The position numbers and the translations under genes are program-made. 64,000 nt of DNA from a virus, in IMG/VR virus record IMGVR_UViG_3300028840_004648, positions 1 to 64,000 of that record. One strand, written 5' to 3'. Positions 18,772 through 26,156 of the stretch are shown in pieces (positions within the stretch are counted from its first letter, which is position 1; each line of letters starts with the position of its first letter). The notes below the pieces were generated by a model, which did not search any database, had not been told where the DNA came from, and was given only the letters and a program-made list of their open reading frames with translations.

Positions 18772-19568
18772 TTGATTATGAGAATTTATCTGATAATGAA
18801 CTAATTGAACTTTTAAATACACATACGAATTACAGAGTTAGGGACGAAGCTAGAAGTATAGCTATAATGAGACGGCAGAAACAAGTTGATGATGCTGCAT
18901 ATAGACACCTTAAATGGGCTAATTCTTGTGATCTTGAAGATCTTAAACAAGAAGCTTGGCGCGGTGTTCTTAAAGCATTAGAAAATTATGATGCATCATT
19001 TGGTGTACCATTTCATAAGTATGCTTTTAGATGGTGTGATGCATATGTTCGTTATGCTATTTACTCTAAAGGTCGTGTGATTAAAACACCGATTCCAGTA
19101 ATTAGATCTATTGCTAGAATCAAGAAAGCAAAAATTAAACTTAAAGACGAACTTGGTCGTGAACCATCATTAGTTGAAATTGGTAAAGAAACTCGTTTAT
19201 CAGTAAAACGCATTATTAAATATATGCAAGCTGATGCTACTATCTTTTCAATTTCCAAAACTACAAGTGATGATGACGATAGTGGTGAATTTGAATTACC
19301 GGCTCATTCTAATTTAGATCCAGCCCAATTTGCAATTATTGTAGAAGCTCGAGAAATACGTGATCGCATTTTGGAAGAAGTTTTAAATGACCGTGATCGA
19401 TACATTATTAAACATCGCTGTTCATTCGATAATTTTGAAAAGAAAACATTGCAAGATTTAGCTGATGAATTAGATATGACAAGAATGGGAGTATTACAAT
19501 CACAGCGTAGATCTTTGAAAAAGATTGTTGATTCATATGAATCTTATGCTGAAACTGGAGAATTCTAA
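18753..19568 (+). CDS. sigma-70 family sigma factor
   Basis: Region-2-like FGVPFHKYAFRWCDAYVRYAI and region-4 helix-turn-helix LQDLADELDMTRMGVLQSQRRSLKKI. Confidence 0.6.
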   Translation: MAAREVIDYENLSDNELIELLNTHTNYRVRDEARSIAIMRRQKQVDDAAYRHLKWANSCDLEDLKQEAWRGVLKALENYDASFGVPFHKYAFRWCDAYVRYAIYSKGRVIKTPIPVIRSIARIKKAKIKLKDELGREPSLVEIGKETRLSVKRIIKYMQADATIFSISKTTSDDDDSGEFELPAHSNLDPAQFAIIVEAREIRDRILEEVLNDRDRYIIKHRCSFDNFEKKTLQDLADELDMTRMGVLQSQRRSLKKIVDSYESYAETGEF

Positions 19569-19834
19569 TGGAGCAATATAAAGGTAATCCGCTCAATCAA
19601 ATGTTAGCAGCAGAATCAGAAGAGTTTTATGGCGGACAGATGACCGATGAACATTTGAAATTAATTGAAGATACTTTAAATGAAAAATTATGTGAACTTC
19701 AAATATCTGGTATTTATATTAAAGTAGATAGATACGATGAAAATACATTTAGTGTCACACCAATTATTGGTGAACGTGAAATTCATACACCTGCTATTAT
19801 GGAAGAACAAAAATTAGAGGATTGGTGGACATGA
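19568..19834 (+). CDS. hypothetical protein
   Basis: ORF with ATGA overlap to the sigma factor gene. Confidence 0.4.
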   Translation: MEQYKGNPLNQMLAAESEEFYGGQMTDEHLKLIEDTLNEKLCELQISGIYIKVDRYDENTFSVTPIIGEREIHTPAIMEEQKLEDWWT

Positions 19835-20295
19835 AAAAACCACTAACTGAAACTATGACTGATAAGTGCTGTAAATATTGTGAAAAAAAGTTTAAAATGT
19901 TTGATACGATTAAGCTTTACGATGATAATGAATTTTATCATCGAGAATGTATTATGACTATGGAGCATGAAGCCGAAGCTAGAATTGCTTCAGAAACTTA
20001 TCCTAATATCGATGAAGATATTAGCAAAGATAAATGGATCATGGAAGAAATTGTCGATAATGACAAAGAATTTCCTTATCACATTATTTTTGAAACAACT
20101 GATTATGAATGGGATATTGAATCATTTAATACTTTAAAAGACGCTAATAAGTTTATAACTTATCAAACTGAAAATGCATTTCACGATGGAATTTTACCAA
20201 TGGATGCATTATGGCTTGTTCATAACATGATATCTTATCAAATTAAAACAAACGTTATTGTTAACGTAGAATTTAAAGGATTTGAAAATGATTAA
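19822..20295 (+). CDS. hypothetical protein
   Basis: ORF with CxxC...HxxC near the N-terminus. Confidence 0.4.
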   Translation: MVDMKKPLTETMTDKCCKYCEKKFKMFDTIKLYDDNEFYHRECIMTMEHEAEARIASETYPNIDEDISKDKWIMEEIVDNDKEFPYHIIFETTDYEWDIESFNTLKDANKFITYQTENAFHDGILPMDALWLVHNMISYQIKTNVIVNVEFKGFEND

Positions 20296-20596
20296 TGGTC
20301 AACGAATTAAATTAGAAAAAACTCCAGATCAAGTACCTGATGATTGGAAACACTATCGAATATCAATTAAGATTGGAAACACTTCAATATTTAATCCTAT
20401 TCTAACTGCTGCTGATCCAGATATGGCAATAAAAAGTGCATTAGTTGCTGTTATTACTCAATATATTCCTACTATTGAGTCAATTGATTTTAGAGAAAAA
20501 ATTGAAATTATTAATTGTACTGAACATGAAAGAAATAAACCTATTCAATGGGAAGATCCCGATGGATCTTCTGGAATGGTTTGGACGGATGAATAA
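20282..20596 (+). CDS. hypothetical protein
   Basis: Coupled ORF. Confidence 0.4.
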   Translation: MKMINGQRIKLEKTPDQVPDDWKHYRISIKIGNTSIFNPILTAADPDMAIKSALVAVITQYIPTIESIDFREKIEIINCTEHERNKPIQWEDPDGSSGMVWTDE

Positions 20597-21084
20597 TGAA
20601 TAAAAAACCTAAACCAGTTGAACATTCAGAAGCGGAACAAGCAAAAGCTGATGAAAAACGCACAAAATTAATTGAAAATTTATCTGATAAGCAAAAGGGT
20701 GATCATGAATTTATTGATCAATTTATAAAAGAAGCAACAGAAAGAAATATTTCAGTTTATTTAGATGCTAGACTTCCAGTACCACATCCAAATCATGATG
20801 AATACGTAATTCAAAATAATATTCAATTTAATAATGATCGTAAAGTTGTTATTAAAGAAGATGAAACTACTGGATTTGCATCTAAAGATTCATTAATATT
20901 ATTAACTGAAATTAATCATATGCGTTCCATGAATTTTATGAGATTTATAAATTTCGTAACAACAGGTGAACATAAAAGTGCGAAAGAAATGTGTGAACAT
21001 TTTATTGGTTATATGGAATATATTTCAAAACGATATTTTACACAGCCCTTTAAATTAGATGAGGATAATAATGAAAAGATCTGA
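20596..21084 (+). CDS. hypothetical protein
   Basis: Coupled ORF. Confidence 0.45.
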   Translation: MNKKPKPVEHSEAEQAKADEKRTKLIENLSDKQKGDHEFIDQFIKEATERNISVYLDARLPVPHPNHDEYVIQNNIQFNNDRKVVIKEDETTGFASKDSLILLTEINHMRSMNFMRFINFVTTGEHKSAKEMCEHFIGYMEYISKRYFTQPFKLDEDNNEKI

Positions 21085-21616
21085 GCTCAAACCAAAAGTT
21101 TGGTGGGCGATGGAAAATAATTGTACTCATTATTATGATGCTGAAAAATGTGATGAATTCACTCCAAAAAATGATGATCAAAGAATAAAGATTTTATTAG
21201 TCTATATTCAATCACATATGAATACAATTGGAGTTTATGAAGATAAAAAGTGGCATGATATTTCATCAGCTTGTAAAAGAATTTATGCTACACCAAATAT
21301 TGTGGCATTAATTGAACGAATGAGTTCATTTAAACTTGATAATTCACCAGTAATGATTAATAATGTACTTCAATCAATTTCAAAAGTTGGAGTTACAGAA
21401 ATTACTGGTCATGAAGTTGAAGTTTATAGAGATATTAATGCTTCATCAGATTATATTTTGATATGTGGTGATGAAGCAAGTTTTTATATGGAAGTATATC
21501 ACTTAGATGATATTATATGTAGAATATTTCCATTGCATTATCCTGAAGATAGTAATTATTATGCTAAAGTAAAGTTTCATTATGAAGCGAAAATAGAGAA
21601 AAAAGAGGAAAATTAA
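21059..21616 (+). CDS. hypothetical protein
   Basis: Coupled ORF. Confidence 0.45.
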   Translation: MRIIMKRSELKPKVWWAMENNCTHYYDAEKCDEFTPKNDDQRIKILLVYIQSHMNTIGVYEDKKWHDISSACKRIYATPNIVALIERMSSFKLDNSPVMINNVLQSISKVGVTEITGHEVEVYRDINASSDYILICGDEASFYMEVYHLDDIICRIFPLHYPEDSNYYAKVKFHYEAKIEKKEEN

Positions 21617-21617
21617 A

Positions 21618-22196
21618 ATGAAAATCTTGTGGAATGATTGTGAAACAACAGGTTTAGACGAAGCGTATCATGAAGTAATTCAAATTACTGCAATCGTTGA
21701 AGATGACGGTAAATTTATTGATGCGATTGATTTAAAAATTAGACCTAATCATCCAGATCGTTTTTCTGAAGAAGCGATGGAAAAAACAGGTTTGACTATT
21801 GATCAAATTATGCAGTGGCCAACTAGAGAAGATCAATTTAAGAAATTGATTGCTTTCTTAGATAAACATGTTGATAAATTTGATAAAGAAGATAAAATGA
21901 CTATGGCAGGTTATCATAATTTATTTGATCAAAAATTTATCCGTGCGTATTTTAAAGAACAGGGTCATAAATATTTTGGATCTTATATTGAATTTGAAGT
22001 AATAGATGTTATGGTTATTGCAATGCTTTTGCGTAAGCTAGGAGCACTTGATATTCCTAATTTGAAGCTTCGCACAGTAGCTGCAGCTGTTGGCATTAAT
22101 TTTGACGAGGCGCAAGCACATAACGCTATATATGACGTTAAACAAACTATTGCTGCGTTCTATAAAATGGAAAAAATGTTTGAACTTAAGGAGTAA
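21618..22196 (+). CDS. DEDDh 3'-5' exonuclease (DnaQ/dexA-like)
   Basis: Exo I motif WNDCETTGLD at the N-terminus and exo III HNAIYD near the C-terminus. Confidence 0.7.
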   Translation: MKILWNDCETTGLDEAYHEVIQITAIVEDDGKFIDAIDLKIRPNHPDRFSEEAMEKTGLTIDQIMQWPTREDQFKKLIAFLDKHVDKFDKEDKMTMAGYHNLFDQKFIRAYFKEQGHKYFGSYIEFEVIDVMVIAMLLRKLGALDIPNLKLRTVAAAVGINFDEAQAHNAIYDVKQTIAAFYKMEKMFELKE

Positions 22197-22436
22197 AAAA
22201 CATGCAAAATCAAAAGAAGGATGTAAAATACATTCCAGAATCCAGATCATGGATGGTTGACGGCCGAATTATCTCAGAAAATGATCTCAGTGAACAAGAA
22301 ATTCTAGAACTCCAAGCACTTTGTGAAGGAACAAATCAAATCCTTTATGGAAATCGTTTGGATGAAAGGAAATCTCAGCAAATTTTATAAATAATACAGA
22401 AGATTTATAACAAACTATTAACAAGGAGATACTCTA

Positions 22437-23261
22437 ATGGGTAAATTTCATGATTCATATGATAAATTTATGGAGGCTATTGGTCTAACTTGGGGTGGCG
22501 GTATTGATAAAACACGTACTGCAACTCAAACTCCAGGTGGTTTCAGAGGTTATTACTGGAAGAAAATGTCTAGCGCTTATAGTGATGATGTAGGTAAATA
22601 TCATGGTATGGGTACTTACAACAAAGACGAAAGACAACTTAAAGGTCAACGTATTGCTTACTTTGATAAAATCAAATTTAATATTGTTGATTACGGACGT
22701 GAGGGCGGATATGCAGATGCATGGGGTCCAAACGAAGATGGAAAGTTTGTTTCTAAGAATAACGCTTCAACCGATAAACCACAAAACCGTCTTCCAAAGG
22801 CTGTTACTGGTGTAGATCAAATTATGGCTGTTGCATATCCAAGTAAATATCTTGACGCTGCTATTGAAAAATATGGTGAGCGTAAATATGGTGAACGTTT
22901 CCTTCTTGGTATACGTAATGCTATTAAAAATATTGAAGTTGGAATGCCTGGTGAAGATTATGACGCTGCTCTCGAGAAAGTCGAAGAACAACTCGGGCTC
23001 GGTGGTGAAGAAGTAGAAGAAATGGAAGATATGGACGACAACGTCGGCGAAGAAATGGACGTACAAGAATTCGAAGAAAAATCTGAATGTAAAGAAGGCA
23101 AATGCGATTGTAAAGAAGGCAAATGCACTTGTGAAAAAGCAAAAAAGATGTACGATAAAATCCAAGAAATGCGCAAACTTCGTAAAAAAGGTAAAGATGA
23201 GAAAAAAGAAGAAGAAGTAAAAGAAAAGAAAGAAGATAAAAAAGATAAAAAAGATAAATAA
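22437..23261 (+). CDS. hypothetical protein with Cys-repeat and K/E/D-rich tail
   Basis: Strong RBS aacaaggaga. Tandem 21-nt repeat encoding CKEGKCD/CKEGKCT. Terminal (KDK)n repeat. Followed by a strong terminator. Confidence 0.6.
   Translation: MGKFHDSYDKFMEAIGLTWGGGIDKTRTATQTPGGFRGYYWKKMSSAYSDDVGKYHGMGTYNKDERQLKGQRIAYFDKIKFNIVDYGREGGYADAWGPNEDGKFVSKNNASTDKPQNRLPKAVTGVDQIMAVAYPSKYLDAAIEKYGERKYGERFLLGIRNAIKNIEVGMPGEDYDAALEKVEEQLGLGGEEVEEMEDMDDNVGEEMDVQEFEEKSECKEGKCDCKEGKCTCEKAKKMYDKIQEMRKLRKKGKDEKKEEEVKEKKEDKKDKKDK
23088..23129 (+). repeat. tandem 21-nt coding repeat (2 copies)
   Basis: tgtaaagaaggcaaatgc occurs twice in tandem. Confidence 0.8.
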
Positions 23262-23287
23262 TCTCATTTTAATCTAAGTTAAATTTA

Positions 23288-23316
23288 GGGTGTGAATTTC
23301 GGTTCACACCTTTTTT
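23288..23316 (+). terminator. rho-independent terminator
   Basis: GGGTGTGAA-tttcg-GTTCACACC stem followed by TTTTTT. Confidence 0.75.
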
Positions 23317-23338
23317 AATGTTTGCTTTACATCATAAC

Positions 23339-23356
23339 TTTTCATGTTATATTATA
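23339..23356 (+). promoter_or_regulatory. promoter-like repeat copy 1 (ttttcatGTTATATTAta)
   Basis: 18-nt element repeated exactly at 23409-23426. Contains an extended -10-like TGtTATATT. Confidence 0.4.
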
Positions 23357-23408
23357 TCAAATTCATATATTTGAAAAATATTGTTAACTAGCAACTATAC
23401 ATAGTATA

Positions 23409-23426
23409 TTTTCATGTTATATTATA
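23409..23426 (+). promoter_or_regulatory. promoter-like repeat copy 2, 41 nt upstream of the PARP gene start
   Basis: Exact repeat of copy 1. Same motif and same spacing as the copy upstream of the ORF at 35730. Confidence 0.45.
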
Positions 23427-23465
23427 ATGTAGCGGAAAATTAATTAAACCCCAAGGAATTAACAC

Positions 23466-24779
23466 ATGGCTAGTGTTGTAGAGCACAGACGTTATGTCAA
23501 ATCAAATGTTGCCAAAAACAATAATAAGTTTTGGTACATTACACTCTATGAAGACAATTCTGTTATAACAGAATATGGTCGGATGGGTAATTCACCTCAA
23601 GTATCAACTAAAAACTTTCCTACTGCAGATAAAGCTCGTAAGTTTTTTGATACGAAATGTCGCCAAAAAGAAAAACCAAAGAGTAATGGTGAAATCGCAT
23701 ATAAGCGGATGGATATTATTGAAGAATCAATAACTGTTAGTTCGCCAAATGCATCTCTTAAAGAGATTGCAAAAGATCAAATTGGTACCAATTCACCAGA
23801 AACACTTAAACTTGTTGAATACTTGGTTGAGCAAAATGCGCATAATATTCTGCAAAATACCACTATGACATACGACAAGAAATCTGGTTTATTTGAAACT
23901 GCTTGCGGTCCAGTTACTCAGAAAACTATTGATGAAGCTCGTACTGTTCTTATTAAAGTCGCAGACGTTGTTGAAAAATTTACTCAACAGCGTAATTATG
24001 ATGTTTTGCGTGCATCTGCATATGAAAATCTTCTTGGTGATTACTTGATGCTTATCCCTCAAGATATTGGTCGCAAATTTGATCCAACTAGACTTTATAC
24101 TTCCTTAGAAGATATTCAAAAACAGAATGCTGTTCTTGATTCTTTGGAAGCATCAGTACAAATGATTATGGATGCTAAGGCTGACAAAGTAAAAGAAGTT
24201 GTAGCTGAAACTCCTCGCCTCTTTAATACTGATCTTAAGAAGGTTGAAGATGGCAAAATTATTGATACAATTGTTAAATACTATAAATCGACAAAACAGG
24301 GTATGCATTCTTGCAATCATCTAACGGTTAAACGAGTATTTGAAGTAGATGTACAGGCAATGACGAAGGCCTTTGAAAATAAAGGTCGCCCACTTGGAAA
24401 TGTTCAGGAACTATGGCACGGAACTCGTGTATCAAATCTCCTATCAATTCTTAAAGTTGGTCTCATCGTTCCTCCAAGTAATGCTGGTCACTGTACCGGC
24501 CGTATGTTTGGTAATGGTGTCTATTTTTCTGATCAATCCACTAAAGCATTAAATTATGCTTATGGATATTGGGGAGGAAGTCGCGACAATCGTTGCTTTA
24601 TGTTCCTCGCAGATGTAGCAATGGGTAAATCATATACTCCAACGCGTTCTGGTAGTTATCGTCCTAATGGTTATGATTCAATCTTTGCAAAAGCAGGCCA
24701 ATCTGGTGTACGAAATAATGAAATGATTGTTCCTAATGTTTATCAATGCAAACTTAAATATCTTGTTCAATTTGGATAA
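23466..24779 (+). CDS. WGR-domain poly/mono(ADP-ribose) polymerase (PARP) family protein
   Basis: N-terminal WGR domain (KFWYITLYEDNSVITEYGRMG). C-terminal PARP catalytic signature: ELWHGTR, GVYFSD, STKALNYA, FMFLADVAMG (Asp at the position of the catalytic Glu) and a PARP-like C-terminal tail. Confidence 0.85.
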   Translation: MASVVEHRRYVKSNVAKNNNKFWYITLYEDNSVITEYGRMGNSPQVSTKNFPTADKARKFFDTKCRQKEKPKSNGEIAYKRMDIIEESITVSSPNASLKEIAKDQIGTNSPETLKLVEYLVEQNAHNILQNTTMTYDKKSGLFETACGPVTQKTIDEARTVLIKVADVVEKFTQQRNYDVLRASAYENLLGDYLMLIPQDIGRKFDPTRLYTSLEDIQKQNAVLDSLEASVQMIMDAKADKVKEVVAETPRLFNTDLKKVEDGKIIDTIVKYYKSTKQGMHSCNHLTVKRVFEVDVQAMTKAFENKGRPLGNVQELWHGTRVSNLLSILKVGLIVPPSNAGHCTGRMFGNGVYFSDQSTKALNYAYGYWGGSRDNRCFMFLADVAMGKSYTPTRSGSYRPNGYDSIFAKAGQSGVRNNEMIVPNVYQCKLKYLVQFG

Positions 24780-24785
24780 ATTATG
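24727..24785 (+). repeat. direct repeat copy A (3' end of the PARP gene)
   Basis: attgttcctaatgtttatcaatgcaaacttaaatatcttgttcaatttggataaattatga. Near-identical copy at 25569-25626. Confidence 0.85.
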
Positions 24786-25124
24786 AAATTTATCGAAAGT
24801 TTTGCAAAAGATATTAATCTTAAGAATTTTTGTTTTCAAATTCAAAGTAAAGACTTAGATTGGATTCTTCAAGAAAGTACACATACTGTAACATGCTTCA
24901 TATTATTTCTTAATAAGCAATATCAATTACATCTTGTACGAGATACAACATATAATAATAGAATAACTATCAAGTTATTTCAAAAAGATAATTTATTAGC
25001 TTGTGATGATATTGATGAAACCAAAAATCCATCATCTGTGTATAGAACATTATTTTATGATCTGAAAAATAAACTTCTCAATAAAACAAAACGAGAATTA
25101 AATGAAATTTTGGAGTCAAAATGA
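24783..25124 (+). CDS. hypothetical protein (inside the repeat-flanked cassette)
   Basis: ORF beginning at the ATG that ends repeat copy A. Confidence 0.5.
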   Translation: MKFIESFAKDINLKNFCFQIQSKDLDWILQESTHTVTCFILFLNKQYQLHLVRDTTYNNRITIKLFQKDNLLACDDIDETKNPSSVYRTLFYDLKNKLLNKTKRELNEILESK

Positions 25125-25567
25125 AAAGTAGAAGTGGATTTATAAGTAATAGTTCTAGTAGTTCGTTTATTTATGTATGTAAATCATGCCAATTAAATTT
25201 ACCAGTTTTAGGTGTATATGATTATGAAATCTTCATTGATAATACATTTGGTGAAACTGAGTTTGGTTGGGGTCCGAAAGAAATTTATGATACTGGGTCA
25301 AAAATTATCTTCTCATATCTTCAAGCAAAATATTTATCTTCTCCTGGATATATTGAAATGCTTGAAGATGTTATTAAAGAATATTATGGCGTTAAAGAAA
25401 TTACATGGTGGCTTGGTAATGGTATTGATGAAGAAGGCTGTTACGCATATATTGATCACCAAAGTATCGGTGACGATAATTTAGAAATGTTTGATTCAAG
25501 AGATACATTAATTCAATTTATCTTTGGTCCAGATTCTTATATCTCACTAGATAACGATAACTACTAG
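25121..25567 (+). CDS. SNSSSSSF-leader family protein (member 2)
   Basis: MKSRSGFISNSSSSSFIYV leader with an acidic C-terminus. Inside the cassette. Confidence 0.6.
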   Translation: MKSRSGFISNSSSSSFIYVCKSCQLNLPVLGVYDYEIFIDNTFGETEFGWGPKEIYDTGSKIIFSYLQAKYLSSPGYIEMLEDVIKEYYGVKEITWWLGNGIDEEGCYAYIDHQSIGDDNLEMFDSRDTLIQFIFGPDSYISLDNDNY

Positions 25568-25568
25568 G

Positions 25569-25626
25569 ATTATTCCTAATGTTTATCAATGTAAACTTAA
25601 ATATCTTGTTCAATTTGGATAATTAT
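25569..25626 (+). repeat. direct repeat copy B
   Basis: attattcctaatgtttatcaatgtaaacttaaatatcttgttcaatttggataattatga. Two substitutions and a 1-nt indel relative to copy A. Confidence 0.85.
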
Positions 25627-25800
25627 GAGTGAATCTCTAAGAGAAACATTACATGCATTTGTAGTTATATTTATTGCCAGTGCAATACCAGCATTAATTG
25701 CATACTTCTTATGTGATATTTTACCAAAGTATAAAATTACATTTAAAATCGAAAAAGGAAAAAGGAAGCAAAATGAAATATTATATTGCAACTTTTGATG
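25624..25800 (+). CDS. small membrane protein (58 aa)
   Basis: The ATG that ends repeat copy B opens MSESLRETLHAFVVIFIASAIPALIAYFLCDILPKYK. Not in the supplied ORF track, which does not list short ORFs. Confidence 0.3.
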
Positions 25801-26105
25801 ATAACTGGGCCGATGAAATGGATGTAGTCGGTGTTAAAGTTTTAACAGAAAAAGAAAAGAAAGAGCTTGACGAAGATATTGAAAAATATAATCAAGCAAT
25901 GGCTGATGATGGTCTTTGTGATGAATGGTATGTTGGTACTAATGAATCCATCGATCCAAGTTCAGTAAATACGCCATCTTTTCATGAAATTTCTGAAACA
26001 ACTTATAAAGAGTTGAAATCTATTTTCCAATGGACTTTTGGTCATTTTCCAGAATACACTGAATTGATTGATGAAGATTATTGGGAAGAACATTTTGAAG
26101 ATTAA
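25773..26105 (+). CDS. hypothetical acidic protein
   Basis: MKYYIATFDDNWADEMD after RBS ggaaaaaggaag. Lies between the PARP and MVP genes. Confidence 0.5.
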   Translation: MKYYIATFDDNWADEMDVVGVKVLTEKEKKELDEDIEKYNQAMADDGLCDEWYVGTNESIDPSSVNTPSFHEISETTYKELKSIFQWTFGHFPEYTELIDEDYWEEHFED

Positions 26106-26156
26106 GAATAACGGTTAAATTTGACCATAATATTAACACAAACCCTAAGGTGAAAC

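Noticed and set aside
22767-23267. Long antisense ORFs (e.g. 22767-23267 −, 27363-28094 −, 26661-27104 −, 937-1191 −, 42988-43353 −, 43462-43971 −).
   Set aside because: They lie entirely inside well-supported sense-strand genes. They have low-complexity or F/I/L-rich translations typical of AT-rich antisense frames, and they lack ribosome-binding sites.
24590-24640. Declaring the PARP catalytically dead because Asp replaces the catalytic Glu.
   Set aside because: The substitution is conservative and the alignment is by eye. Activity class cannot be decided without a proper alignment and assay.
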